From: Clostridia bacterium
Lineage (GTDB): Bacteria > Bacillota > Clostridia > Oscillospirales > Acutalibacteraceae
DNA length: 64,000 bases
Reading direction: 5' to 3'
NCBI GenBank assembly: GCA_017521925.1
Contig: JAFXBG010000006.1
Location: 729-64,728, forward strand
Made by a program: the position numbers and the translations under genes. The notes beneath the pieces are model-generated. The model was not told where the DNA came from. It saw nothing but the letters and a program-made list of their open reading frames with translations, and searched no databases. This document shows, in pieces, positions 1 to 10,578 of this stretch; the stretch's first letter is position 1, and every line of letters starts with the position of its first letter.

Positions 1-1
1 A

Positions 2-2608
2 TACTACTGTATAGCCATCGGGAACTTCTGTCTCAACGTCAGAATACTGAGCTGCAAGCCAGTTAAGTCTAGAAATGAGCCAATCGCCTGCGTAATTTCT
101 CATATCTGTAACGCTTGAGTGGCTATAGTTGTTAGTTGTGCTTGTGAGTGAGTTTGTAACAGTGTCGTAGTCATACATTGTAAGGCTTGAACGACTTGCA
201 GTCCAATCCTGCTTAAGTGTCCAACCCTTTTCAAAGTTCCACTTACCGGACTTTGTAAGGCTCTCTGCATAACCGTCGAGAGACTTAAGTCTGCCGTCGC
301 CTGTCTTTGTGCCTTCGAGAATATCGATAAGGTCAGCAAATTCTGCGTCCCAAACTCTCTTAACGATATCGTTAAATGTTTCGCCAGCAGCTGTCTTAGT
401 TGTTGTGTAGCAAGCCATGGAGAATACACTTCTCTTGCCTGTGAAGCCTTCGTCGAAGTGAGCCATCTCTTTTGCGTACCAACCGCTTGTCTTTGTAAGG
501 CTGAGAGAATTGCCGTTTACATCGTTTCTGCCGGATGAAAGGTTACCAACTGCGTTATCAAAGTCCCATACAGGAGAGAGGAAGAACTTGCCTGCCTCAG
601 CACTATATGTGAAGTAGCAGCTTGTAACACCGGAGTCGATGTTCTTGGAAATTTCGTTGATGAGGTATGCCTTTGCGAGATCGTCCATATCAACTAATGT
701 TTCAAGAGTTGCGATATCATCACCATAAAGTGCATTTTCAACTGCCTGATAAGTATCCTTCATGAACTTAACCTGCTCAGCTGTAGGCTCATCAGGAATC
801 TTGTGGGTCATTACCTGACCTCTGCTTGTTGTGAAAGTAAGGTCGCCTGCGTTTGCAGCGTTACTTGCTGTGTCAAGCTCGAGAACAAAGTCGAAGTTAT
901 CTGCTTTGTACTCTGCTGCAGCAGAATCAACTTCTACTTCATTAAGGTTGCTCATTACAGAACCTTCGTTCATCTCGATCTTCTGAACGAGCTGATAGGA
1001 ACCCTCGTATCTACCGCTTATGAATAAGTCAACGAATCTGGAGTCACATGCATATTCCATGTTAACTTCGTTAGCCATATCGTAAACAAGACGGTTTCTG
1101 AGGAGAGAGTCGTCCTTAGCATTTGCAAGGAGAGACCACTTATCGAAAGAATCCATACCATCGATGGAAATTTCATTCTTGAATGTAACGTTGAAAGGCT
1201 TCTTGCTTTCGTCCCAAGTTGTGTTACCACGGCCCTTTAACTTCTTAACCTGCTCAGCAATAACGCCGTTAGCATCTGCTACTGCGCCGCCTGCCTTGCC
1301 GATTTCCTGATTCTTGGAACCGCTTCTGAAGAATGCCATAATATCAAAGGATGCATCCTTATCAACCTTGGAATCAGTGTTGTCGTACTTAGCTGTCATA
1401 CCATCTGCAGCATTGATAAAGAGAGAAGCCTCAGCATCTGTCTTGTAAATCTTAACAGACTGATCTGTTGCACCGGAGCATGTGTATGTTGTGCCCTCTG
1501 TGTAGGGAACCTTTGCATACTCACCGGGAGCAATTGTAACACCATTAACTGTTACGTCAGATGTGTATGTGCTATAAATGAGAACTTCTGTATCAGAAGC
1601 AGAAGCAGGGAGATAGAAACGACGTGTACCGCTTACATCTACCCAACGCTGCCATGCTTCTGTATTGGGCTCGTCTGTGATGTTTGCATAAGCATAAAGG
1701 CCGTTATCCTCTGCCCATGCGAGATCGATTGTGTTCTTCTCCTCAGCGGGATCAGAAGTTGCGGGAACTGATGTTGTGCCTTCTACCTCTGAAGAGGAAG
1801 ACTCTTCAGTATTGGAAGAAGATGCGGGAGTAGTTGTTGTTTCCTCTACAACGGGAGCTTCAACTGTGATAGTTGTTGTAGCTGTAGTTGTAGAAGTAAT
1901 GCCTGCATAATCGTAAGGATTATATGTAACAGTTGCTGTTACTGTGTATGTGCCAGCCTCAGTTGCTGTAAATGTGTTGCCGCTTACTGTTGCGCCTGCA
2001 GGGCTAACAGAGTATGCAACGGACTTTACTGTATTGAGGTTTGTGTTTGAAGAAAGAGCAGCTGTAAGATTTGCAGTTGCACCTAACTCAATAGTAGCTG
2101 CACTTGATGTAAGTGTTGCAGTAGAAGCGGGCTTCTGTGTGCCCCATGTTACGGAAGTAGAGCCATCAGCGAACTTAGAAATGTAGTTGGATGTGTTGCT
2201 CATTGTAATGTCGCCGGTCTGGTTCCACTTGTTGTCCCAAGTAGGACCGGAAGTAACACTATTTCTTGTAAGGATAACGCCTGCCCAATCACCAGCAGGG
2301 ATATTTACATAATATACACTACCACTGTAAACCTGAGCCTTTGCGGACCACGCATTCTTACCTGTAGAATTGTTAAAGAAGTAAGCATAGTTACCGCCGC
2401 CTGCACTTGATGTATTCCACCAAGATACTGCGCTCATGTTGAAGTAAAGTCTGCCGTTACCGGACGCATTAAGTGTTGCACCTGTTTCTGCCAGGTCTAC
2501 CTTAGCAGCAGATGCGGATGTCATGCCTATTGTAACCATAGACATAAGCATCATAACTGTAAGTATCACAGCGAGTAAACGCTTTGCGATACGTTTAGTT
2601 GTACTCAT
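2..2608 (-). CDS. Secreted multidomain CotH-family kinase (signal peptide, Trp-rich N-terminal module, Ig-like domain, Thr/Ser/Glu linker, CotH domain); runs off the window's left edge
   Basis: Absent from ORF track; translated by hand from ATG 2608 with RBS GGAGG at 2616-2620. Starts MSTTKRIAKRLLAVILTVMMLMSMVTIGMTSASAAKVDLAETGA. CotH motifs KGRGNTTW..KKPF, WSLLAN..DDSLLRNRL, NID, LSPVWDFDNAVGN. No stop seen before base 1. Confidence 0.85.
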   Translation of the reverse strand, partial: MSTTKRIAKRLLAVILTVMMLMSMVTIGMTSASAAKVDLAETGATLNASGNGRLYFNMSAVSWWNTSSAGGGNYAYFFNNSTGKNAWSAKAQVYSGSVYYVNIPAGDWAGVILTRNSVTSGPTWDNKWNQTGDITMSNTSNYISKFADGSTSVTWGTQKPASTATLTSSAATIELGATANLTAALSSNTNLNTVKSVAYSVSPAGATVSGNTFTATEAGTYTVTATVTYNPYDYAGITSTTTATTTITVEAPVVEETTTTPASSSNTEESSSSEVEGTTSVPATSDPAEEKNTIDLAWAEDNGLYAYANITDEPNTEAWQRWVDVSGTRRFYLPASASDTEVLIYSTYTSDVTVNGVTIAPGEYAKVPYTEGTTYTCSGATDQSVKIYKTDAEASLFINAADGMTAKYDNTDSKVDKDASFDIMAFFRSGSKNQEIGKAGGAVADANGVIAEQVKKLKGRGNTTWDESKKPFNVTFKNEISIDGMDSFDKWSLLANAKDDSLLRNRLVYDMANEVNMEYACDSRFVDLFISGRYEGSYQLVQKIEMNEGSVMSNLNEVEVDSAAAEYKADNFDFVLELDTASNAANAGDLTFTTSRGQVMTHKIPDEPTAEQVKFMKDTYQAVENALYGDDIATLETLVDMDDLAKAYLINEISKNIDSGVTSCYFTYSAEAGKFFLSPVWDFDNAVGNLSSGRNDVNGNSLSLTKTSGWYAKEMAHFDEGFTGKRSVFSMACYTTTKTAAGETFNDIVKRVWDAEFADLIDILEGTKTGDGRLKSLDGYAESLTKSGKWNFEKGWTLKQDWTASRSSLTMYDYDTVTNSLTSTTNNYSHSSVTDMRNYAGDWLISRLNWLAAQYSDVETEVPDGYTVV

Positions 2609-3174
2609 TAAAATTCCTCCTAATAAATTTTTTAATGATTTTACCGTGTAACCGTAATTCCAAAGGTTTTTTGTACTTTGGCTGATGCCCTGTCGTCTGA
2701 CCTCCGCAGTGTTTTATAATATAAATAGTATAGAGAAAACTATCTGTACCACAAAACAAGCACACACTTTGGCAATTATTTTACTACAGAATTGTAACAC
2801 TCCACACCTAAATTTTCAACCGATTTTAATAGTTTTTAGTGAGTTTTACCTATTTTCGTATGTTGGCACAAACCAAACGAAACAGAATTGGCGATTTTGT
2901 CCAAGTCAAAAATTATGGTAAAACCTGCAAAGATAAATTAGGCACATCACCCAAGTAAACTGTCAAAGCAATGTGGTTCCGTCACCTTAAAACCGCAGTA
3001 ACAGTAACAGCCGTCGCAATATGTCGGATACTGGTTTTTGCACAAAAGGCGGACTGGCTTATTAGATAAATTCACCAAATATTTTATTATTTGCAAAAAA
3101 ACTTTACTTTTGCTTTTCGGGGTGATATACTTGTGGTAGTTATATTCGGTATTTATACTTAGGAGGAATATATA

Positions 3175-3705
3175 ATGAAAAAGGCTATATCTTTATTAAT
3201 CGCAGTTCTTCTTATGGTTTGCGGTATTGTTTCTGTTTCTGCAGAAATCAGCCCCACCGCTTCTGTTGTTGACACAAAAATCACTATCGACGCAATTGCT
3301 GTTCCTGAAGAAGGCGGTACAGTAACTCCCAGCATCAAGAATCCTGTCGAGTATATCGTTGGTTCTGACGGCACTGTTACTCTTATTGCAAGCAGTAACG
3401 ACGGCTTTAAGTTTACACATTGGGAGTTCATTACAGGCGAATTTGACATTATTGAGGGATCGCTTACAAGCTCTACAATCGTAATCCTTCCCAAGGGTGA
3501 CACAAACATCCGTGCTTATGCACATTTTGCTTCCGAGGATGCTTCTCTTCCCTCTACAGAGCCCGCTACCAAAGTTCCTTATGAGCCTGACGATGACGAC
3601 AAATCTCCCACGACAGGCGACTTTACACCTGTATTCTTCGCAGCAGGTGCAGTTGTTATGATGCTTGGTGTTGCAGTTTTAGCTCTTAAGAAAAAGGCTT
3701 GCTGA
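3175..3705 (+). CDS. Small cell-wall-anchored protein with a beta-repeat (InlB-B/Flg_new-like) domain and sortase-type C-terminus
   Basis: Signal peptide; GGTV..VTLIA..GFKFTHW repeat-like motif; C-terminal SPTTGD followed by a hydrophobic helix and KKK; RBS AGGAGG. Confidence 0.7.
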   Translation: MKKAISLLIAVLLMVCGIVSVSAEISPTASVVDTKITIDAIAVPEEGGTVTPSIKNPVEYIVGSDGTVTLIASSNDGFKFTHWEFITGEFDIIEGSLTSSTIVILPKGDTNIRAYAHFASEDASLPSTEPATKVPYEPDDDDKSPTTGDFTPVFFAAGAVVMMLGVAVLALKKKAC

Positions 3706-3737
3706 TTAAACTAAGTTAAACTTAATACTAAACTATT

Positions 3738-3768
3738 AAATGCCTTGAGGTTATCCTCAAGGCATTTT
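3738..3768 (+). terminator. Intrinsic terminator
   Basis: AAATGCCTTGAGG-TTAT-CCTCAAGGCATTTT perfect stem with T tract. Confidence 0.8.
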
Positions 3769-3821
3769 GTATTAGTAAGGCTTGTCACACCGTTTACTTC
3801 TTCACTATAACTTATCACATC

Positions 3822-3849
3822 AAAAAACCCCGCTGTTAAGCGGGGTTTT
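3822..3849 (-). terminator. Intrinsic terminator after glmS
   Basis: AAAACCCCGCT-GTTA-AGCGGGGTTTT stem; the A6 run reads as U6 on the minus strand. Confidence 0.75.
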
Positions 3850-3880
3850 GGTTATATTTTAAGCTGTATGCGGATTCTTG

Positions 3881-3950
3881 CCCGCCGTCAAGGCAGTTAA
3901 CCTGTACCGCCAACCTATCCAAAGGCGGGAATTGCCCTGCGGTGGCTAAC
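3881..3950. repeat. ~68-nt dispersed structured repeat, copy A
   Basis: CCCGCCGTCAAGG...CCTATCCAAAGGCGGGAATTGCCCTGCGGTGGCTAAC; ends 3 nt from the glmS stop. Confidence 0.8.
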
Positions 3951-3953
3951 CGC

Positions 3954-5780
3954 TTATTCTACGGTAACGGATTTTGCAAGGTTTCTGGGCTTATCAACAT
4001 CATTACCGCGAAGAACTGAAGAATAGTAAGCCACAAGCTGTAAGGGAACAATTGCAGCCATAGGCATAAGCATTTCTTCCGTCATAGGAACGCGGATAAT
4101 AGCATCAGCTACATCTTCGCCTACCTCAAAGCCTTCGCCACAAACCAGAAGCACCTTGGCACCTCTTGCCTTAACCTCTTTGATGTTACTTATTGTCTTA
4201 TCATAAAGGTCTGACTGAGTTGCAACCGCAATAACAGGCATACCGTCAGTAATAAGTGAGATTGTGCCGTGCTTTAATTCGCCTGCCGCATAACACTCAG
4301 AGTGAATGTAGGAAATTTCCTTAAGCTTCAGAGAGCCTTCCATAGAAAGTGCATAGTCAAAGCCTCTGCCGATGTAAAGAAGACTTTCAGCTTCAATAAG
4401 TTCCTTGGCAGCTTCCTTGGAAACTGCATCAGACGACTTGATAATCTCAGCAATCCTCTCAGGCATAGCCATAAGCTCTGCTGTAAGACGCTTACATTCT
4501 TCCTCTGAAATCTTGCCCTTGGCAAAAGCTAGCTCAAAGGAAAGCAGATACATAACAGCAATCTGAACCATATATGCCTTTGTGGAAGCAACGGCAATTT
4601 CAGGGCCTGCGTGAGTATACACAAGCATATCAGACTCACGTGCAATTGAGCTGCCCTTGGCATTAACCACACCCATAACCTTGGCACCAAGAGCTTTTGA
4701 AACTCTTAAAGCCTCTAAGCTGTCAGCAGTTTCGCCGGACTGGGAAATAATAATAACCAAATCGCCCTCGCCCACTAAAGGAGCACGATATCTGAATTCG
4801 GAAGCAATATCAACCACAACGGGAACACGTGCCAGCTTTTCAATGGCATATTTGCCAACCATACCTGCGTGCATTGCAGTACCGCAGGCAACAATAAACA
4901 CCTGCTTGATGTCCTTGAGGCTTTCAACGGTAATTGAGCATTCCTCAAGGCTGGGCATACCGTGAAAAACCCTGGGGGCAACGGTTTTTCTTACTGCTTC
5001 AGGCTGTTCGTTGATTTCTTTAAGCATATAATGCTCGTAACCGCCTTTTTCAGCGGCATCCATATCCCAATCGGCTGTTTTAAGCTCTTTGGTGATTGGG
5101 TTACCCTTTAAATCGGTAAAGCTTATATCGCCCTCAGCGATACGTGCAATTTCATCATGCTCTAAAAGGAAATAATCCTTTGTATACTTAATAATTGCGG
5201 GAACGTCAGAAGCAATAAAACCTTCCTCGTCCTTAACACCTACAATAAGAGGACTGCCTCTTCTCACTGCATAAATTACATTGGGGATATCCTTAAAAAG
5301 AATACCCAGAGCAAAGGAACCCGTAACCTCACTAAGAGTTTTCTCAATAGCCTTTACAGGGTCGCCGCTGTAGTTGAAGTCCAGAAGCTTTGCTACAACC
5401 TCGGTATCGGTTTCGCTGTAAAACTCTCTACCCTCTGCCTCAAGCTTTTCCTTAAGCTCGCGGTAGTTCTCAATAATACCGTTATGTACCAATGTTACAT
5501 ACTCTCCGCCGATATGGGGATGAGAGTTAATGTCAGAAGGCTTACCGTGGGTTGCCCAGCGGGTATGACCGATGCCTGCAGTACCTGCAGGAAAGTTTTC
5601 TGACTTCATTTTATCTTCAAGATTCTTGAGTCTGCCTTCTGCTTTGATAACGTTTACAACGCCATCCTCAAAAATCGCAATACCTGCTGAATCGTAGCCG
5701 CGGTACTCAAGCTTTGAAAGAGCATTTACAAGAACCTCACTGCAATCGTTTTTGCCTACATATCCGACTATTCCGCACAT
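3954..5780 (-). CDS. glmS: Glutamine--fructose-6-phosphate aminotransferase
   Basis: N-terminal MCGIVG, GHTRWATHG, SQSGET, C-terminal PRNLAKSVTVE. Confidence 0.98.
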   Translation of the reverse strand: MCGIVGYVGKNDCSEVLVNALSKLEYRGYDSAGIAIFEDGVVNVIKAEGRLKNLEDKMKSENFPAGTAGIGHTRWATHGKPSDINSHPHIGGEYVTLVHNGIIENYRELKEKLEAEGREFYSETDTEVVAKLLDFNYSGDPVKAIEKTLSEVTGSFALGILFKDIPNVIYAVRRGSPLIVGVKDEEGFIASDVPAIIKYTKDYFLLEHDEIARIAEGDISFTDLKGNPITKELKTADWDMDAAEKGGYEHYMLKEINEQPEAVRKTVAPRVFHGMPSLEECSITVESLKDIKQVFIVACGTAMHAGMVGKYAIEKLARVPVVVDIASEFRYRAPLVGEGDLVIIISQSGETADSLEALRVSKALGAKVMGVVNAKGSSIARESDMLVYTHAGPEIAVASTKAYMVQIAVMYLLSFELAFAKGKISEEECKRLTAELMAMPERIAEIIKSSDAVSKEAAKELIEAESLLYIGRGFDYALSMEGSLKLKEISYIHSECYAAGELKHGTISLITDGMPVIAVATQSDLYDKTISNIKEVKARGAKVLLVCGEGFEVGEDVADAIIRVPMTEEMLMPMAAIVPLQLVAYYSSVLRGNDVDKPRNLAKSVTVE

Positions 5781-5814
5781 AGGAAAATCTCCTTTTTAAA
5801 AAGTAGTTAATTGC

Positions 5815-7722
5815 TTAGTTTATTTTATGCTGGAAGGTGGGAACAATTGCTGAAAGCATTTCAACTACCTTTTCGCTGTTGTTATCTTCTGCATATTTTT
5901 TCAGCTCATTAAGCTTACTGAGCAAATCTTCTTCATCAATGGCAATCTGGTTGCCGATGAAAATTTTCTTGTTTTCTGTGGACTTAAGACCCTCTTCGTT
6001 CATCAGAAGCTCTTCAAAGAGCTTTTCGCCGGGTCTCAGACCTGTAAATTTAATCTCAACATCTCTGTAGGGCACCTTGCCGTACATTCTTATAAGGTTT
6101 TCGGCTAAAGTTGTAATCTTAACAGGGTCGCCCATATCAAGAACAAAAATTTCACCGCCATGAGCCATTGCGCCTGCCTGCAGAACCAGTGACACAGCCT
6201 CAGGAATAGTCATAAAGTAACGGATAATATCGGGGTGGGTAACGGTAACAGGCTTGCCGCTTTCAATCTGACGGCGGAAAAGAGGAATAACCGAACCGTT
6301 TGAACCTAAAACATTACCGAAACGTGTGGTAACAAATTCTGTCTTTGTGCTGTGCTGTGCCTTGTGCTGAGCTATCATTTCACAACAACGCTTTGTAGCA
6401 CCCATAACGTTTGTGGGGTTAACCGCCTTGTCCGTAGAAATCATAACAAACTTTTCTACGCCGTAATTCTCAGCCAGAGTTGCTACGTTGTATGTTCCGA
6501 AGATATTGTTTTTTACAGCTTCTTCAGGGGAGGTTTCCATTAAAGGCACGTGCTTGTGAGCTGCCGCGTGGAAAACAATATGAGGCTTATACTCCTTGAA
6601 AATACTCTCCATTTTGTCGTAATCTCTTACAGATGCAATGAGAGTAACCAGGTTAAGGGCATCTCCGTGCTCCAAAATCAGCTCCTGCTGAATATCGTAG
6701 GCGTTATTTTCGTATATATCTACAATAATAACCTGCTGAGGGCTGTAGTTTGCAATCTGCCTTACAAGCTCAGAGCCGATAGAACCGCCGCCGCCTGTGA
6801 CCATACAGATTTTGCCTTTGATAAAAGCCTCTATTCTGTCTTTGTCAAAAGAAATGGGGTCTCTGCCCAATAAATCCTCAATTTTAATATCCTGAACCTG
6901 CTTTAAAAGTCCCTTACCGCGGCTTGTGTCGTCAAAATAAAGCTCGCTTAAATAGGGAACCATTTTAATGTTACACTGGGTTTCAGAGCAGATTTCAAGA
7001 ATCTGCTTTCTTTCCTCATCTGTACAGGAAGGAATTGCAAACAAAATAAGAGAAATGTTGTTTGACTTGCATATCTGTGGAATATCCTGAGTGTTGCCGA
7101 GAACGGGAACTCCATTTATTTTTGTTCCGTATTTTGCACGGTTGTCGTCAACCAGACACACAGGCAGAATATCATGAGAAGGGTTGTTGGGGTCGCTTTT
7201 TGCACTTTCAATGTCGGCAAGAATAAGCTTTGCAGCCTGCCCTGCACCTACAACAAGGGTACGGCGGGCATTTTCTTCTCTGCCTGCTTCTGTAAGCCTT
7301 ATAATCGCCTTTTTAAACAACACTCTTATAACCAGCATACAGACAAGAGATGATAAGTAGAAGAAAGCAAAATAAACTACAGGAAATACAGAACCGAAAA
7401 TACCAAAGAAATATGAAGAAACAGCACTTAAGCCAAAACCTAAGGTAACTGCAAAACCGCATATCAGAAAATCCTTTTTACCGTAAAGCCTCCAGAAAAA
7501 GGAATAGGCACCTAAACTCAGCAGACAAAGCAGGGTAAACACCCCAACAATACCAAGCAAAAGGGTCATTTTTGACCAGGGGACTGACCAGAAATCGTCT
7601 GCACCTGCATTTCGCAGAATATCCGCCCACATAAGAGCAAGGTTGGCAAACGTACCTGTTACTGCCACAATAAGTATATCTGCAATAAGTAAAAAACCCT
7701 TTCGGGCACTGAATTTCCTCAT
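5815..7722 (-). CDS. CapD/PglF-type nucleoside-diphosphate sugar 4,6-dehydratase with N-terminal membrane domain
   Basis: TGGGGSIG, HAAAHKHVP, STDKAVNPTNVMGATK, RFGNVLGSNGSV; start moved to ATG 7722 behind GAGG. Confidence 0.92.
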   Translation of the reverse strand: MRKFSARKGFLLIADILIVAVTGTFANLALMWADILRNAGADDFWSVPWSKMTLLLGIVGVFTLLCLLSLGAYSFFWRLYGKKDFLICGFAVTLGFGLSAVSSYFFGIFGSVFPVVYFAFFYLSSLVCMLVIRVLFKKAIIRLTEAGREENARRTLVVGAGQAAKLILADIESAKSDPNNPSHDILPVCLVDDNRAKYGTKINGVPVLGNTQDIPQICKSNNISLILFAIPSCTDEERKQILEICSETQCNIKMVPYLSELYFDDTSRGKGLLKQVQDIKIEDLLGRDPISFDKDRIEAFIKGKICMVTGGGGSIGSELVRQIANYSPQQVIIVDIYENNAYDIQQELILEHGDALNLVTLIASVRDYDKMESIFKEYKPHIVFHAAAHKHVPLMETSPEEAVKNNIFGTYNVATLAENYGVEKFVMISTDKAVNPTNVMGATKRCCEMIAQHKAQHSTKTEFVTTRFGNVLGSNGSVIPLFRRQIESGKPVTVTHPDIIRYFMTIPEAVSLVLQAGAMAHGGEIFVLDMGDPVKITTLAENLIRMYGKVPYRDVEIKFTGLRPGEKLFEELLMNEEGLKSTENKKIFIGNQIAIDEEDLLSKLNELKKYAEDNNSEKVVEMLSAIVPTFQHKIN

Positions 7723-7905
7723 AGCTGTACCTCTATCTGAACAAATGTACACAATTATACAAATAAATTATACAACTTATAAGTCATCTTGTCAATTATA
7801 AACATTATCGTTGATTTTCCCTTTTTATATGTTATAATATAATATGAATTACTATGGAAATATGCTTTTCAGCTATATAAATTGGCGTTCTGAGGGGTAA
7901 AAAGT

Positions 7906-8541
7906 ATGTATAAATTTATTAAACGCAGTGCGGATATTGTTATTTCTTTACTGGGACTGATTATTTTATCGCCTGTTCTGGCAATTACGGCTCTCGCCGT
8001 AAAAATCGACTCAAAGGGTCCTGTTATCTTCAAGCAGAAAAGGCTTGGAAAGGGCGGTAAAGTTTTTGACATATATAAATTCCGCAGTATGTGCGTAGGT
8101 GCTGAGAAAACCGGCTCAGGTGTATATTCCGGCAAGGGAGATGCCAGAGTTACAAAGGTAGGCAGATTTATCCGTGCTACCAGCATTGACGAGCTTCCTC
8201 AGCTTGTTAATATCCTCAAGGGCGATATGAGCATTATCGGACCCCGCCCGCCTCTTACATACCACCCCTGGCCTATTGAAGAATATTCTGAAGAGCAGAA
8301 GCATATGTTTGACGTACGCCCGGGTGTTACAGGCTGGGCACAGGTTAACGGCAGAAAAGACGTTGAGTGGAACAAAAGAATAGAGCTTAACGTGTGGTAT
8401 ACAAGGAACATTTCATTTGCCCTTGATTTTAAGATTTTCTTTGTTTCCATTATCAAGGTTCTTAAAAATGCCGACAACGAAAATACCACCGAAACCGCCG
8501 CCAAAGCCCAGGCTGAGAAAAAAGAAACAGTCAACAAGTAA
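7906..8541 (+). CDS. Initiating sugar-phosphate transferase (Bac_transf, PglC-like)
   Basis: KR..D, single hydrophobic helix, KFRSM, DELPQL.N...GDMS.IGPRP, PGVTGWAQVNGR. Confidence 0.93.
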   Translation: MYKFIKRSADIVISLLGLIILSPVLAITALAVKIDSKGPVIFKQKRLGKGGKVFDIYKFRSMCVGAEKTGSGVYSGKGDARVTKVGRFIRATSIDELPQLVNILKGDMSIIGPRPPLTYHPWPIEEYSEEQKHMFDVRPGVTGWAQVNGRKDVEWNKRIELNVWYTRNISFALDFKIFFVSIIKVLKNADNENTTETAAKAQAEKKETVNK

Positions 8542-8587
8542 TTCTATATAAAATCATAACTTCCGTTTTAATCTTTGGAGGTATCAT

Positions 8588-9502
8588 ATGAAGCTGCTTC
8601 TTACAGGTGCTTTCAGCTACTCAGACATTCAGCTTGCTGCACTTAAAACCGCAGGCTTTGAAATTACATATATTCAGAACGAGCTTGAAAAGCTCAGCAT
8701 AGACTGCAGTCAGTTTGATGCTGTGGTCTGCAACTCGCTTTTTATGTATAACAACATCGAAAGCTTTGAAAACTTAAAGGCAGTCCAGCTTACCAGTGCA
8801 GGCTACGACCGCGTTCCCGTAAGCAAATTTGCCCAAAAAGGAATTGCACTTTTTAATGCTAAGGGTGTTTACAACATTCCTATGGCAGAATGGGCGTTGC
8901 TTAAAACTCTTGAAATTTATAAAGAAAGCAAGTTCTTTTTAAGAAACCAGGAGCAGAAGCTCTGGGAAAAGAACCGTAACCTCAGAGAGCTTTTCGGCAA
9001 AACCGTGCTTATCATTGGCGTGGGTAATATCGGACAGGAATGTGCAAAGCGTTTCAAGGCTTTTGGCACAAAGGTTCTTGGTGCCGATATTTTTGACAGC
9101 AAATGCGAATTTATTGACGAATTCTTTTATATGGACAGTCTGCCCCTTGCCCTTAAGCTTTGCGATATTGCCGTTTTATGTCTGCCTCTTACAGAAAAAA
9201 CCGAGCATATCATCAACGCGGAAACCTTGGGCTACCTCAAGGATGATGCTGTGCTTATCAATATTTCAAGAGGAAAAATTATCAACGAAGCTGACCTTAT
9301 TAAGGTTTTAAAGGAAAATAAGCTTTCAGGTGTTGCCCTTGATGTTTTTGAGGAGGAACCCCTCCCCCCCCAGAGTCCCTTGTGGAGTATACCCGGGGTA
9401 CATATTACACCTCACAACAGCTTTGTATCAGATGCCGTAAAAACCAGGCTGTTTGACGTTATTTACAAAAATCTCACTGAATTTGACTATGGCAAAAACT
9501 AA
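8588..9502 (+). CDS. D-isomer-specific 2-hydroxyacid dehydrogenase family protein
   Basis: GVGNIG Rossmann motif, LINISRG, ALDVFEEEPL, ITPH. Confidence 0.9.
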   Translation: MKLLLTGAFSYSDIQLAALKTAGFEITYIQNELEKLSIDCSQFDAVVCNSLFMYNNIESFENLKAVQLTSAGYDRVPVSKFAQKGIALFNAKGVYNIPMAEWALLKTLEIYKESKFFLRNQEQKLWEKNRNLRELFGKTVLIIGVGNIGQECAKRFKAFGTKVLGADIFDSKCEFIDEFFYMDSLPLALKLCDIAVLCLPLTEKTEHIINAETLGYLKDDAVLINISRGKIINEADLIKVLKENKLSGVALDVFEEEPLPPQSPLWSIPGVHITPHNSFVSDAVKTRLFDVIYKNLTEFDYGKN

Positions 9503-9519
9503 ATTCTGAAAGGTATATT

Positions 9520-10566
9520 ATGGATAAAAAATCAATTCTTATTATTTTCGGCGGAAACTCCACCGAACACGAAGTTTCCTGCAAATCCGTTATGAACTTT
9601 ATAAAAAACATTCCTGACGACAAGTACGACAAGCACCTCGTAGGAATCAGAAAAAACGGCGACTGGGTATACTTCAGTGCCGACACCGCCTTGATTCCTC
9701 AGTGCAAATGGGCTGACGAAAGCTCAAACGTACCCGCAATGCTTATGCCTAACAAGGGTCTTGTGCTTTTAGACGGCAAAAACACAGTTATTGAAATAGA
9801 CACAATCATCCCTGTTCTTCACGGCAAAAACGGCGAGGACGGCACAATTCAGGGGCTTTTTGAATTGTGCTCTATTCCCTACGTAGGTTGCGGTGTTACT
9901 TCTTCTGCTGTTTCTATGGACAAAGCATATACCAAGATTATTGTAGACAGCCTCAAAGAAATTCCTCAGGCTGATTATGTGCTTGTAAGAGCAAACGACA
10001 ATGACGATTACATAGTAAAAGCTGAGGAAAAGCTTTCATATCCTATGTTTGTAAAGCCCTGTAAGTCAGGCTCGTCCCAGGGTGTGTCAAAGGCTGAAAA
10101 CCGCCGGGAGCTTGTAAGCGCTGTAGAGCTTGCACTTACTCACGACTCAAAAGTGCTTATTGAAGAAACCATAAAGGGCAGAGAGCTTGAGTGTGCAGTT
10201 TTTGAAAAATCAGGCAACATTATCTGTTCAAACGCCGGCGAAGCTGTTGCAGGCGACGTTTTCTACAGTTACGAAGCCAAATACAACAACTCCGACTCAA
10301 AAACTGTTCTCAACCCTGATATTCCCGAAGGCGTCAACGAAAAGGTACAGAAATACGCCGAAGCTATTTTCAGAGCTTTGGGATGCACAGGTCTTTCACG
10401 TGTTGACTTTTTTATGGAAGAGAATGGCAACGTAATTTTCAATGAAATCAACACCCTGCCCGGTTTTACAGAAATCAGTATGTATCCTATGATGATGGAT
10501 GCCATTGGCTACCCCATTGAAAAACTGATGGAAGAGCTTATAGATTCTGCAGGAATTTCAAGATAA
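9520..10566 (+). CDS. ddl: D-alanine--D-alanine ligase family protein
   Basis: FGG.S.EHEVS, LHGKNGEDG, KP..SGSS.G, FYSYEAKY, EINTLPGFT..SMYP. Confidence 0.9.
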   Translation: MDKKSILIIFGGNSTEHEVSCKSVMNFIKNIPDDKYDKHLVGIRKNGDWVYFSADTALIPQCKWADESSNVPAMLMPNKGLVLLDGKNTVIEIDTIIPVLHGKNGEDGTIQGLFELCSIPYVGCGVTSSAVSMDKAYTKIIVDSLKEIPQADYVLVRANDNDDYIVKAEEKLSYPMFVKPCKSGSSQGVSKAENRRELVSAVELALTHDSKVLIEETIKGRELECAVFEKSGNIICSNAGEAVAGDVFYSYEAKYNNSDSKTVLNPDIPEGVNEKVQKYAEAIFRALGCTGLSRVDFFMEENGNVIFNEINTLPGFTEISMYPMMMDAIGYPIEKLMEELIDSAGISR

Positions 10567-10578
10567 TACGGTGATACT

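Noticed and set aside
100-2186. Short ORF-track calls in the first 2.2 kb
   Set aside because: All lie within the long minus-strand CotH ORF, in other frames or antisense.
5781-5814. glmS ribozyme
   Set aside because: Only about 34 nt separate glmS from the upstream gene; no room and no consensus.
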